Assembly (NCBI GenBank): GCA_965248355.1
Contig: OZ252098.1
Location: 2,752,001 to 2,816,000, forward strand
Origin: Candidatus Latescibacterota bacterium
GTDB lineage: Bacteria > Latescibacterota > UBA2968 > UBA8231
Length of the DNA: 64,000 nt
Direction: 5' to 3'
Under the pieces are notes generated by a model. That model was not told the origin of the DNA, did not search any database, and was given only the letters and a program-made list of their open reading frames with translations. Position 1 is the first letter of the stretch. Each line of letters begins with the position of its first letter. Position numbers and translations under genes: made by a program. Of the stretch, positions 36,933-47,328 are shown one piece after another.

Positions 36933-38921
36933 ATGAGATCGGCATTGGCCGGGGTAGCGTTGTTGATGGGGGGACTGGCGTCTGCGCAGGACACGGGGGC
37001 GGGTCCGGCGGGCCGTCCCGGCGAGAAGGCGTCGGTCGCCATCCAGGAAGGGATTCGGACGCGCCTTGTGCGGGATATCGAGGCCCTGAGAAAGGCAGCG
37101 GAGGAAGAGGGTGTCCCGGCGCCGACGCGGCGCGACGTGCTGGGCGAGCTGGCGGCCGTGGAAGGGGAGCTGGGGCCGGCCTGCAGGGCCTTCGGGGATG
37201 ATTTCCGGGCCGTGCTGCCGCTGAATTCGTGGCATGAACGGGTGTTGCGTACGCAGGCGTGGCTCTGGCGCGCCAGGGGCCTGGAGCCGCTTGAGTTCTG
37301 GCGCTCGGATCTGTGGGATCCGCTTTCCTTCATCGGCATGCCGGACACGGCGGGAGAACCGGCGGTCGAGGTCCACCTGATGCGCAAGGAGTACCGCGCG
37401 GCGGCCTTCAATGTGAGCAACAGCAGTGACGAGCCGATGCAGGTGATGTTCCGCTTGAGCGGGCTTCCCGGGGGCGGCAACCCGGGGTACGTGACCGTTC
37501 ACGAGGTGGCCTGGACCGACACGAGGAGCGGTGTGCCCGTGGCCGCGGCCCTGCCCGAAGTCGCTGCCGAGAACGATCTGTATTCGGTGACCGTGCCCTC
37601 CGGCATGACACGGCAGGTGTGGCTGACCTTCCATCCGGTGGACGTGGAGCCGGGAATCCATGAAGGCGAAGTCGTCGTGGAGTCCGTGCCCGGGGGCCAG
37701 CGGTTCCCGCTGCGCATGCACCTGTATCCCCTGGACTTCCCGGAGAAGCAGTCGCTGCACCTGGGCGGCTGGGACTATACGGACGAGTTCGGCACATACC
37801 ACGCCGTGACGGAGCGGAACCGGCCGCTGATCATTCAGCACCTGCGCGAGCATTTCGTGGACTCGCCGTGGGGCTCGCCCCGGATGGTGAATCCGTTCTA
37901 CCCGGAGGTGCGGGGCACGTATGATGCGCAGGGGGCGATGACGGAGCCGCCCGAGACGGCCAAGTTCGATGCGTGGCTCGAGTTGTGGCCGGGTGCGGCC
38001 CAGTACCTCGTCTTCGCGAAGGTGGGCGATCGGTTCGTCTTTGGGGCCGACAACGAGTACTCATGGGGCCTGTACACGCCGGAATTCGCGACGGCGGTGA
38101 AGGCATGGGCCACGTTCTGGGTGGGCCATGCGGTGGAGAAGGGGTTGAAGCCGGAACAGCTGGTGCTCGTGCTGGTAGATGAGCCTGATGAAGATCCCAA
38201 CCGGGACCACATCATTCTGGCGTGGGCGAAGGCGATCCGGGAAGCGGATACGGGGGTCCGCATCTGGGAGAATGTGAACCACCGGGACATGAGCCAGGTC
38301 ATGGAGGCGATGATCGATGCGTGCCATGTCTTGTGCCCGCACATCAAGATCTTCCTGAACAGCTCGGCACCGATACGGCCACCGGCCGCGGCCCGGGAGT
38401 ATCGGGATTTCTTCCTGAAGAAGCGTGAACAGGGGACCGTCTTGGAGTTCTACAATGCCGATGGCCCGACGCGGCTGCTGGATCCGTACGCCTACTACCG
38501 GCTTGCGGCGTGGTGGTGCTGGCTCCATGGGGCGACGGGGATGCACTTCTGGTCGCTCACCGACACGGGCGGCGGGTCATCGTGGAACGAGTATCTGACC
38601 CCGCGGAATTCGTACGCGCCCATGTTTCTGGACGAGGACTCGGTGACGGCCGGGAAACACCTGGAGGCGCAGCGGGAAGGGGTGGAGGACTATGAGTACT
38701 TCGTGATGTTGGATCGGGCGGTCCGGGAGGCGTCTGCGGAGGGAGTGACGGGTCCGGAAGTGGAGGAGGCGCGTCAGCTGCTGGGGAGCCTGCCGGCGAG
38801 TGTTGGTGAGGCGGCCTTCTCCTACCGCACCAAGTGGCTGGACGAGAAGGTGGACCGCACCTTGGCGGACAAGGCGCGGATCCGGGTGTTGGCGGCGCTG
38901 ACGGCGCTGGCCGGGCCCTGA
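36933..38921 (+). CDS. Tandem paralog of 34293-36914 lacking the discoidin-like domain
   Basis: Long near-identical blocks (AIQEGIRTRLV...; QREGVEDYEY). Confidence 0.7.
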   Translation: MRSALAGVALLMGGLASAQDTGAGPAGRPGEKASVAIQEGIRTRLVRDIEALRKAAEEEGVPAPTRRDVLGELAAVEGELGPACRAFGDDFRAVLPLNSWHERVLRTQAWLWRARGLEPLEFWRSDLWDPLSFIGMPDTAGEPAVEVHLMRKEYRAAAFNVSNSSDEPMQVMFRLSGLPGGGNPGYVTVHEVAWTDTRSGVPVAAALPEVAAENDLYSVTVPSGMTRQVWLTFHPVDVEPGIHEGEVVVESVPGGQRFPLRMHLYPLDFPEKQSLHLGGWDYTDEFGTYHAVTERNRPLIIQHLREHFVDSPWGSPRMVNPFYPEVRGTYDAQGAMTEPPETAKFDAWLELWPGAAQYLVFAKVGDRFVFGADNEYSWGLYTPEFATAVKAWATFWVGHAVEKGLKPEQLVLVLVDEPDEDPNRDHIILAWAKAIREADTGVRIWENVNHRDMSQVMEAMIDACHVLCPHIKIFLNSSAPIRPPAAAREYRDFFLKKREQGTVLEFYNADGPTRLLDPYAYYRLAAWWCWLHGATGMHFWSLTDTGGGSSWNEYLTPRNSYAPMFLDEDSVTAGKHLEAQREGVEDYEYFVMLDRAVREASAEGVTGPEVEEARQLLGSLPASVGEAAFSYRTKWLDEKVDRTLADKARIRVLAALTALAGP

Positions 38922-38934
38922 TTCCGGTGATCTG

Positions 38935-39639
38935 ATGAAGGTCGTGATTCTGGCAGGCGGCATGGGCACCCGGCTCAGAGAGGAAACGGCCGTCAGACCG
39001 AAGCCGATGGTGGAAATCGGCGGCCTGCCGATTCTCTGCCATATCATGAGAGTCTACCATACCCACGGCTTCCGGGAGTTCGTCGTCGCCCTCGGCTACA
39101 AAGGGGAAGTCATCAAGGACTTCTTTCTGGAAGACCGCAATGAGGAGTGGATCGTCCATCTCGTTGACACGGGTCAGGATGTACAGTCAGGGGGGCGGAT
39201 CAGACGCCTCGCTGACTGGATCGGTCGAGAGACATTCATGCTGACCTACGGCGATGGGCTCAGCGATGTCGACATTCCCCAACTCGCCGCCTTTCACGGA
39301 TCCCACTGCAGTCTCGCCACGGTAACAGCGGTCCACCCGCCCGCCCGTTTCGGACGCCTGGAGCTCGACGGCGATCTCGTAAGGGACTTCCGCGAGAAGT
39401 CCCAACTGGATGCCGGGTGGATAAACGGCGGGTTCTTCGTACTCGATCCCGGTGTCCTCGAATACATCTCCGGCGATGAAGTCATCTTCGAGCACGAGCC
39501 CATGACCAGACTCGCGGAGGATGGGCAACTCCGGGCGTACCGGCACGAGGGCTTCTGGCAATGCATGGACACCCTGCGGGACGTGGTGAGTCTGGAGGAG
39601 CAGTGGTGCGCCGGGAACGCGCCCTGGAAGATCTGGTGA
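38935..39639 (+). CDS. rfbF: Glucose-1-phosphate cytidylyltransferase
   Basis: ILAGGMGTRL, PKPMVEIG, LTYGDG, INGGFF, HEGFWQCMDTLRD. Confidence 0.9.
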   Translation: MKVVILAGGMGTRLREETAVRPKPMVEIGGLPILCHIMRVYHTHGFREFVVALGYKGEVIKDFFLEDRNEEWIVHLVDTGQDVQSGGRIRRLADWIGRETFMLTYGDGLSDVDIPQLAAFHGSHCSLATVTAVHPPARFGRLELDGDLVRDFREKSQLDAGWINGGFFVLDPGVLEYISGDEVIFEHEPMTRLAEDGQLRAYRHEGFWQCMDTLRDVVSLEEQWCAGNAPWKIW

Positions 39640-40637
39640 CGGTGGGTGACTCGCGCGATGGGTTCTGGCCAGGCCGCCGTGCCCTGGTCACGGGGGCCAC
39701 GGGCTTCATAGGCTACTGGCTTGTGGCACGGCTGCTGAGGCTGGGAGCCGACGTCACGGCGCTGGTCAGAGACGCCGATCCCCGGTCCCAACTGTTCGCC
39801 TCCGGCCTGGTCAATCGAATCAGCGTGGTCAATGGCTCCCTGGAGGATTCCACCGCCCTGGCCAGGGCGGTGACCGAGCCTGGGGCGCAAACTGTCTTTC
39901 ACCTCGCCGCCCAGGCTATCGTCACCACGGCCCGGGCCAACCCGGTGGGGACGTTCGAGTCGAACATACGAGGAACCTGGACTCTGCTCGACGCCTGCCG
40001 TCAGTACAGTGACGTGGTCAGCGAGGTTGTCATCGCCTCGAGCGACAAGGCCTACGGACAGAGCGACAGGCTGCCATACACGGAAGACATGCCGCTCACA
40101 GGGCGTCATCCGTATGAGGTCTCGAAAGCGTGCGCCGACCTGCTGGCGCAGTGCTATCATCATGCCTTTCGACTCCCCGTCGCCGTGGCGCGGTGCGGCA
40201 ACGTGTATGGAGGAGGGGATCTCAACTGGAGCCGCCTGATTCCAGGCACGATCGCGGCTCTCGAAGGCGGTCAGCGCCCGGTCATCCGTAGCGACGGCCG
40301 TCACATTCGGGACTACATCTACGTGGGAGACGTCGTCGGCGCGTACATCAGACTGGCCGAGGTGCTCAATGAGGGTTCAATAGGCGGCCAGGCTTTCAAT
40401 TTCAGTACCGAGTCGCAGTCCACCGTACTTGAAGTCGTTGACAAGCTGCGGTCTCTCATGAGCTGTGAGCACCTGGAGCCGATCATTCGCGGAACCGCCG
40501 AGGGTGAAATCGGCGCCCAGTACCTGTCCGCGGAGAAGGCGCGGTCAGTGCTTGAGTGGAAGCCCCAATACGATCTTGACTCGGGGCTGCCCCATACAAT
40601 CGGATGGTACCGTGCGCACCTCCAACGAAAGTTCTGA
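39636..40637 (+). CDS. rfbG: CDP-glucose 4,6-dehydratase-like SDR
   Basis: [37 protein letters not shown]. Confidence 0.8.
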   Translation: MTVGDSRDGFWPGRRALVTGATGFIGYWLVARLLRLGADVTALVRDADPRSQLFASGLVNRISVVNGSLEDSTALARAVTEPGAQTVFHLAAQAIVTTARANPVGTFESNIRGTWTLLDACRQYSDVVSEVVIASSDKAYGQSDRLPYTEDMPLTGRHPYEVSKACADLLAQCYHHAFRLPVAVARCGNVYGGGDLNWSRLIPGTIAALEGGQRPVIRSDGRHIRDYIYVGDVVGAYIRLAEVLNEGSIGGQAFNFSTESQSTVLEVVDKLRSLMSCEHLEPIIRGTAEGEIGAQYLSAEKARSVLEWKPQYDLDSGLPHTIGWYRAHLQRKF

Positions 40638-40663
40638 ATGGCAAAGCGGCCAGCGAGATCTGT

Positions 40664-41980
40664 ATGAATCGAAGATCCGATGAGCTTCGCCGCCAGATCC
40701 TGAACCTTGTGCGCGAGTATCACGACATCGCGTTTCCCGGGGAATCCTTCGCACCAGACTCGGGCTCGGTCCCGGTCTCCGGGCGCGTTTTTGACGCCGA
40801 GGAGCTCGTCTGCTTGACGGATGCGGCCCTCGACTTCTGGCTCACTTCAGGCCGCTACGCCGATCAGTTCGAGCGGGAGTTCTCCCGTTTCTGGGGTCTT
40901 CGACACGCCAGCCTGTGCAATTCGGGCTCCTCGGCCAACCTGCTGGCTCTGTCATCCCTCACGTCCCCGAAACTCGGCGATAGACGACTGCGGACGGGCG
41001 ACGAGGTGATAACGGTCGCGGCCGGTTTTCCGACGACGGTGAATCCCATTTTTCAGACGGGTCTCGTACCTGTGTTTGTCGACATCGATCTCGGAACATA
41101 CAACGTGTCCCCGGAGCGGCTGGCCGATGCTGTCGGCCCGGAGACGCGAGCGATTTTCCTCGCCCATACCCTCGGCAACCCATTCGATCTCGACACCGTA
41201 GGCGAGCTCGCTGCCAGACACGACCTCCTGCTCATCGAGGACTGCTGCGATGCCGTGGGTTCCCGCTTTGGCGGCCAGCATGTGGGCACCTTCGGGAGCC
41301 TCGCAACCGTGAGCTTTTACCCTGCCCATCACCTGACCATGGGGGAAGGCGGCTGCGTCCTTACCGGGTCCTCCGAGCTGAAGCGGATCGTCGAGTCCTA
41401 CCGCGACTGGGGCCGGGACTGCTGGTGCGACCCTGGCAAGGAGAACACTTGCGGACGGCGATTCGACTGGCAGCTTGGCGAACTGCCGGCAGGCTATGAT
41501 CACAAGTACATCTACTCCCACGTGGGCTACAACCTCAAGCTCACGGATATGCAGGCCGCTGTGGGCGTGGCCCAGCTGCGGAAGCTGCCGGCGTTCGTCG
41601 AGAAACGCAAGCAGACCTTCGACCGGCTCTATCGAGAGCTGCAATCTCTGGAGGAGTTCTTCATCCTGCCGTCCTGGCTGGAGAAGGCGGAGCCGAGCTG
41701 GTTCGGCTTTCCTCTCACCATTCGTGAATCGGCACCCTTTGACCGAAGAGCCATCATCGCCCACTTGACAGGCAGGGGTATCGGCACCAGAGCGCTCTTT
41801 GGTGGAAATCTGACCCGGCAGCCGGCGTACATGGGACTGCCATACCGCGTGGCGGGTCCCCTGGCCAACTCCGATGCAGCCATGGAGAGGTCATTCTGGC
41901 TGGGCGTGTATCCCGGGATCGATCAGGCGATGGCCGCTCATCTGATCGACAGCCTGAAGCACTTCTGCTCGCGTTTTTGA
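40664..41980 (+). CDS. rfbH: CDP-4-keto-6-deoxyglucose 3-dehydrase (E1)
   Basis: [31 protein letters not shown]...NTC, GYDHKY. Confidence 0.92.
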   Translation: MNRRSDELRRQILNLVREYHDIAFPGESFAPDSGSVPVSGRVFDAEELVCLTDAALDFWLTSGRYADQFEREFSRFWGLRHASLCNSGSSANLLALSSLTSPKLGDRRLRTGDEVITVAAGFPTTVNPIFQTGLVPVFVDIDLGTYNVSPERLADAVGPETRAIFLAHTLGNPFDLDTVGELAARHDLLLIEDCCDAVGSRFGGQHVGTFGSLATVSFYPAHHLTMGEGGCVLTGSSELKRIVESYRDWGRDCWCDPGKENTCGRRFDWQLGELPAGYDHKYIYSHVGYNLKLTDMQAAVGVAQLRKLPAFVEKRKQTFDRLYRELQSLEEFFILPSWLEKAEPSWFGFPLTIRESAPFDRRAIIAHLTGRGIGTRALFGGNLTRQPAYMGLPYRVAGPLANSDAAMERSFWLGVYPGIDQAMAAHLIDSLKHFCSRF

Positions 41981-42002
41981 GACTGCTCCGCAGGCCCGCT
42001 TC

Positions 42003-42716
42003 GTGGAGGCACCCTTGGAGCCTCTAAAGCTGTCGGTGATCATGGCGGCCTACAACGAGATGGAGACGATCGAGGCCGCCATCGACGGAGTGCTGGCCCT
42101 TGACATCCCCAAAGAGCTGATCGTGGTGGACAACTGCTCTGACGACGGTACCCGGGAATTCGTTGGAGCGATTGATTCAGACGACGTTCAAGTCGTCATG
42201 CAGAGGGAGAATCTCGGCAAGGGGCACTCCATTCGCACGGCTTTGCCGATTTGCCGTGGAACCTATACGGTCATACAAGACGCGGATCTCGAATACGATC
42301 CGGCCGGCCTGGCGGCCCTGCTGGAGGCGATCGAGTCCAATGGATGGGACGCGGTGTACGGATCCAGAGTTCTCGGTGGGCATCCATCCATATATGAGCA
42401 CTACTACTGGGGTGTTCGCTTGCTCACCTGTCTCACAAACGCCGCTTTCGGCTGTCGCCTGACTGACGTGGCGACGGCCTCCAAGATGGTTCGCACCGAG
42501 GTATTCCAGAGTCTTGATCTGAAGGGGAATGGGTTTGACCTGGATTTCGAACTCACCAACAAACTTGCGAAGTATGGCTATCAAATTGGTGAGATCCCAA
42601 TCGCGTACAGCCCGCGGTCCTTCGAAGAAGGGAAAAAGATCCGGGCACGTGATGGCCTCCGGGCCATGCTCACCATCGTCCGGGACAGGGTATCGGGAGA
42701 TGGCAGAGCAGGTTAG
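42003..42716 (+). CDS. GT2 glycosyltransferase, DPM1/polyprenol-phosphate type
   Basis: AYNE, VDNCSDDGT, GKG, IQDADLEYDP, VYGSR, EGKKI. Confidence 0.88.
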   Translation: MEAPLEPLKLSVIMAAYNEMETIEAAIDGVLALDIPKELIVVDNCSDDGTREFVGAIDSDDVQVVMQRENLGKGHSIRTALPICRGTYTVIQDADLEYDPAGLAALLEAIESNGWDAVYGSRVLGGHPSIYEHYYWGVRLLTCLTNAAFGCRLTDVATASKMVRTEVFQSLDLKGNGFDLDFELTNKLAKYGYQIGEIPIAYSPRSFEEGKKIRARDGLRAMLTIVRDRVSGDGRAG

Positions 42717-42722
42717 GCTCAC

Positions 42723-44633
42723 GTGACAAGACTCGCGATGGCCGATAACGACAACATGACTCGGTGGGAGATTCGGGGCCTCATCGCCGCCGCCGCGATG
42801 GGTCTCTTCTACTTGTTGCTCACTTGTTTACAGCCAGTCAGGACTGATGACGTTTTCTGGCATCTGAAATTGGGTGAAATACTGTGGCAGGGGAAGGAAT
42901 TCCCGGGAGAAGACCCCTTCTTGTTCACGAGCCCTGAGGATTCATTTCCCTTTTACCATGAATGGCTTTTCCAGGTGGGCATCCACCTGGTGCATTCCCA
43001 ATGGGGCATGGGTGGTGTGAGAGTATTGACCGCCCTTCTGGCTCTTGCAGCCTGTGGGGCGGTCTGGTACTGGGCGCGCGGCATGGATGTGACGGGCCAT
43101 TTTGCCTGGTTGGCTTCGGGCGCCCTGTTGCTCTTTGCATATCAGCGATTGATCCAGTTGCGGCCTCATCTCGTGAGTGTGATTTTCTTCTTTTTCCTGC
43201 TGGGGTACCTGTGGCGGCGGAGAGACCAGCTGAGTTGGGGCGCGCGCCTGGTTTGTGCCGGCACGATGATACTGTGGGCCAATCTCCATTCGGTGGCCTT
43301 GATCATCTTTCCTTTCTGGTTGCTCTTCCTCATCCTCTTGTGGTTTGGCCGTGAGTCGGGCAACGTGGATTTCGCTGGGCATCGGACGGGTTTCGCCCTG
43401 AGCCTTGGGGCTGTCATCGTGAACCCGATGGGATGGAAGCTCTATGTCTTTTACTGGTTGAGCCAGTCCACCGACCCCAGCATCCAGGTCTACGATTATA
43501 CCAAGGTCCTCGATGAGTGGGGCCATTGGAATCCCTTCGGCCTTTCGAACTTTCTGCCCCTGTCTTCGCCGGTCCTTGTGGGTGGGTTCCTCCTGCTGTT
43601 GATCGTCCTTCTCTTGCGCCTGGGACAGGGGACGAGGTTGGCCTGGCGCCAGGGGGCCCATGCCTTGGAGAGGGAACCGCTGATTCTGGCTGGTTGGGGC
43701 CTGGGGGCGGCCGCTTTGATGCTGTTTGCGGTGCGGTTCTTCTGGATGGCGCCTCTCCTTCTGGGGGCCATCGTCTATTTTCCCGGGAAGGGGGAGCGCC
43801 AAGGCGGCCGGTGGCGATATCCATTGGGAGTCGCTCTATGGATCCTGGCGGTTTTCCTCCATTTCCAGCATCCTGGAACCGGGAAGTACCATTATCCCTG
43901 GCACACGGCGAAGCTGCGTTCCCAATACCTGCACCAGGATGTGGACGAGGTGAAGTACCACTGGAAGGCGATTGAATTCCTGAAGGACCTCGGCCTGGAG
44001 GGCCGGGTCTTCAATCCCTACCACTTGGGAGGCGCCTTGAGTTTTGGCCTGCATCCGCAAGTCAGGACCTTCATCGATGGCCGTATGGAACACTACTTGG
44101 ATGAGGTCAATCGCGATCATCACACGATTGAGACGGTAGGTGAGAACTTTGACCAACTCCTGGAAGCGTACGGTGTGGAGCTGTGCTTCGTTCCCATCAG
44201 CCGGTATACCGTGCGCCTTCGCCTGGCTCTTCAGGAGCTCGATTGGGTGCTGGTTTACACGAACTTCCAAACGCAGATCTATTGCCATCCGGACATCTTT
44301 GAGCTTCATCAGGCCAGCATCATGGGACACTACGGCCTGGAGGGCGATGCGGGCCGCCACGAAGCCCGGAAGGATCTGTACGATCGGCTGCTGACTTCTA
44401 CCCTGTCGATTGCCAGCTGGCCCATAGAGGGGGGGAGCACGAGAGACCCGGACTACCTGAAGACGATGGACCTCTTGCTCATGCACTTGTTCATCCCCGA
44501 GGCGCGATACTGGTATCGAGCAGCGTCGCCAAGGCTCAGCGTGTCCGACCCGCGGCTGGAGGATTTCCGGCAGGTATTCGCCCGCCACAACCAGGTTCGC
44601 AAGCAGTTGGGGAAGGAGGAGCCCCGCAGGTAG
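42723..44633 (+). CDS. Polytopic membrane protein, probable GT-C glycosyltransferase
   Basis: DDVFWHL after TM1, HEWLFQ, RPHL, WANLH, FIDGR. Confidence 0.65.
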   Translation: MTRLAMADNDNMTRWEIRGLIAAAAMGLFYLLLTCLQPVRTDDVFWHLKLGEILWQGKEFPGEDPFLFTSPEDSFPFYHEWLFQVGIHLVHSQWGMGGVRVLTALLALAACGAVWYWARGMDVTGHFAWLASGALLLFAYQRLIQLRPHLVSVIFFFFLLGYLWRRRDQLSWGARLVCAGTMILWANLHSVALIIFPFWLLFLILLWFGRESGNVDFAGHRTGFALSLGAVIVNPMGWKLYVFYWLSQSTDPSIQVYDYTKVLDEWGHWNPFGLSNFLPLSSPVLVGGFLLLLIVLLLRLGQGTRLAWRQGAHALEREPLILAGWGLGAAALMLFAVRFFWMAPLLLGAIVYFPGKGERQGGRWRYPLGVALWILAVFLHFQHPGTGKYHYPWHTAKLRSQYLHQDVDEVKYHWKAIEFLKDLGLEGRVFNPYHLGGALSFGLHPQVRTFIDGRMEHYLDEVNRDHHTIETVGENFDQLLEAYGVELCFVPISRYTVRLRLALQELDWVLVYTNFQTQIYCHPDIFELHQASIMGHYGLEGDAGRHEARKDLYDRLLTSTLSIASWPIEGGSTRDPDYLKTMDLLLMHLFIPEARYWYRAASPRLSVSDPRLEDFRQVFARHNQVRKQLGKEEPRR

Positions 44634-44805
44634 TGGGGATTGCAATGGCATGCTGCTTGAACGACGTCTCGTCTGGGGCGAGCCATCAGCAGATGGCGCC
44701 GCGCATCGGCGGGCGGATTACCTGCGCCCTGGCGAGGGCGCGGTGGGGGTCCGCGGATCGCCGGCTCGACCCCAGCGGGAGCAATTACAAGAGGAGGGGG
44801 CGCAC

Positions 44806-45876
44806 TTGATCAAGAGAGCACTCGGAGTGGCAGCGGCCGTTCTGCTGGGTATCTCACCTGTCCAGGCTCTGGAGCGCAGCGACACGGAGTTCAAGATCTT
44901 CCAGTTCCCCGCCAACATGATTCCCCGCATCGACGGCGAGATCGACGACTGGGCCATGGTGCCCGACAGCTATGCATACGGAATGGACCAGTTGTCGGAT
45001 ACGGTCATGGGGAACTTCACCAACTACGACCGCGAAGACCTGGACGTCACCGTGCGCGTCGGCTGGGTCAAGGGCCTGAACCGACTCTACTTCCTGTACG
45101 AGGCGTACGACGACTACTGGAACATGTACTACAAGTACGGAGACCTGTTCGAGGTCGCCGTCGACGCCGACCGGTCCGGCGGGCCGAACATCGTCAACCC
45201 TCAGATCGACGACCCCTGGGAGAGCCACTTCCTCTTCAAGGGGGTACACGCCCAGAACTACCATATCTTCACACCTGCCGGGGAAGGCCGGGATTGGGTG
45301 TTCGTCTGGGGGTGTCAGCCATGGATCGGCAGGTTGCCGTACGCGAATCACGCCTACTCGTACGATTTCGAGGAAGGGGAGAGCGGCCGCCTGGTGCTGG
45401 AGTTCTGGATCACCCCCTTCGACTATGCTCCATACGACGGCCCGGAGCGGGCGGCCGAGTCGAAGCTGGAGGAGAACGGCCTGATCGCCCTGTCCTGGGC
45501 GATCCTCGATTTCGACGAAGACCACACGAAGTACGAGGGGTTCTGGAACCTGTCGCACGAGACGAGCATGTACAACAACGCCTCGAGCCTGTGCGCATTC
45601 CGGTTGATGCCCCTGGAGCCGAAGTACCTCAAGCCGCTCGAGGCCGAGTACTCCTTTACGGTGGTCGACATGGATCGGCGGATGGTGGCCTTCACGGATC
45701 GATCCCGCGGAGAGATCACATCGTGGTCGTGGGACTTCGGAGATGATACGTCGTCCACCGAGCAGCACCCGATTCACCAGTACGGGGGACCGGGCGAGTT
45801 CGTGGTCATCCTGAACGTCGAGGGGCCGCAGGGAAAGGCCCGGCGCGTCAAAGTGAACCAGGTGATGGTGAAGTGA
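44806..45876 (+). CDS. Secreted CBM9-like + PKD domain protein
   Basis: TTG start with GAGGAGG RBS; PRIDGEIDDW; FTDRS..ITSWSWDFGD..STEQHPIHQY. Confidence 0.8.
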   Translation: MIKRALGVAAAVLLGISPVQALERSDTEFKIFQFPANMIPRIDGEIDDWAMVPDSYAYGMDQLSDTVMGNFTNYDREDLDVTVRVGWVKGLNRLYFLYEAYDDYWNMYYKYGDLFEVAVDADRSGGPNIVNPQIDDPWESHFLFKGVHAQNYHIFTPAGEGRDWVFVWGCQPWIGRLPYANHAYSYDFEEGESGRLVLEFWITPFDYAPYDGPERAAESKLEENGLIALSWAILDFDEDHTKYEGFWNLSHETSMYNNASSLCAFRLMPLEPKYLKPLEAEYSFTVVDMDRRMVAFTDRSRGEITSWSWDFGDDTSSTEQHPIHQYGGPGEFVVILNVEGPQGKARRVKVNQVMVK

Positions 45877-45999
45877 GGGGCTCGGCGGAGCGGAACATGG
45901 CCGCAAGACCAGGTCTCGTCCCCGCCAGGGGGCGCGGGCACTGCGCGCAGAGGGGCGGCGCCGCGGGGAGCCGCGAGCGGTTGCGGGCTGCAGAACGTC

Positions 46000-47328
46000 C
46001 TATCCGAGGGTAAAGCTGTACAGGCTGGCGTTGCGGAACAGGAAGCGGATGCGAATCCCTCTGCAGGAGGGCAGCGCGCTGCGCGTTCTCCAACGGACGG
46101 TCTGACGGACACCATCCCCGGTAACCGGGCGGCCATCGGAGAGGTGGTAGCCGGGGACGGGGGCTCCGGACGGGCCGAGGATCTCGGCCCTCAGCTCCCC
46201 CCTGGCGGCATCGGCGTTGACGAACAGGCGCTGACCGTCCGAGGGCATGGGCATGGTCTCCACGATGCCCGGCGTCTCCACGGCATCGAGCGACACCCAG
46301 CCGTCCAGCCGCCAGGCGGCCTGTGCGATGGTGATCTTCTTCAGCGGCAGGCAGCCGCCGTGGGTCGTCGTAATCCCCGTGTAGTAGAGCCGGACTTCGT
46401 CGGCCGATACGATGGGCCCGTTGGCCACTCCGAGGATACAGCCCGCGTCGTAGTCGTGAGGACCGTTGGGTATGACGGGCGCCCGGTCTTCGCACCGGGA
46501 CCACGATCGGCCGTCCCGGCTGTGCACGAGCTGCACGTCGATGGGGCCATCGTCCCGGCTCTGCTCCGGGCCCTTCTCAACAGGTGGGCCGGTGTGCCGG
46601 AAGTGGGTGACGAAGCCCAGCCACACCCCGCGGTACGGGAAAACCGACATGTGGTAGAACTGTGAGAAGCAGCCGCCCTCGGCCTCGGTATGAGCGTCGT
46701 CGGCCTGGTCCGGAGCCATGACGAGGTCGGGCTCGGACCAGCTCTGCATGTCGGGGCTGGACGAGAGATAGACCAGGCGGCGCCTATGGCCTCGGCGGAT
46801 GCCGTACCGCTTGTGGAACGCGAGGTAGTCGCCGGTTGCGGGGTCCCGGGCCAGGCTGCAGGTATCGCCGCCCGCCAGGACCGGGTTCGCGGGGTAGAGC
46901 TGCCAGTTGAAACCGTCAGCGGAATGGGCCGTGCAGTAGCCGCGGCTTTCCGGCGAGCGAGAGACCCCCAGCATCTTGTAGCGGCGTCCGGGATCCGCAT
47001 CCGCCGGATCGTGGATGACGCTGGGGCTGTGGAGGCGGATGGGGAGGGCGTTGTTCCCGCCGAGCTCCGGGCGGCGCCAGGCCACACCGTCCTTCGATTC
47101 GGCGTAGAGGATCCGGTCCGCCCCGCGCATGTACCACATCCGGAGGGTGTCACCCTCTTCGGCGGGCAGGACCGTGCCGTAGATGTAGACGCGCTCGTCG
47201 TCGGACGGGGTCTGCCAGGACTCCAGGCCCGAGATGACGGGCCGAGGCAGCTTGCGGCAAGGATGGGTACGGCGGACGACGCCCTCCTTGCGGGCGATCC
47301 TTTCGTCGTCGACGAAGAGGTGGGTCAC
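46000..47328 (-). CDS. Five-bladed beta-propeller glycosidase-like protein (GH32/43/130 clan-like)
   Basis: HLFVDD, YAESKDG..W.RPELG, RRYKM, QLVHSRDG..W, RLDGWVSLDA. Confidence 0.7.
   Translation of the reverse strand: MTHLFVDDERIARKEGVVRRTHPCRKLPRPVISGLESWQTPSDDERVYIYGTVLPAEEGDTLRMWYMRGADRILYAESKDGVAWRRPELGGNNALPIRLHSPSVIHDPADADPGRRYKMLGVSRSPESRGYCTAHSADGFNWQLYPANPVLAGGDTCSLARDPATGDYLAFHKRYGIRRGHRRRLVYLSSSPDMQSWSEPDLVMAPDQADDAHTEAEGGCFSQFYHMSVFPYRGVWLGFVTHFRHTGPPVEKGPEQSRDDGPIDVQLVHSRDGRSWSRCEDRAPVIPNGPHDYDAGCILGVANGPIVSADEVRLYYTGITTTHGGCLPLKKITIAQAAWRLDGWVSLDAVETPGIVETMPMPSDGQRLFVNADAARGELRAEILGPSGAPVPGYHLSDGRPVTGDGVRQTVRWRTRSALPSCRGIRIRFLFRNASLYSFTLG

Noticed and set aside
44646..44660. 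Second sigma54-like box TGGCAT-N5-TTGA
   Set aside because: Lacks the conserved -12 GC and no enhancer palindrome was seen.
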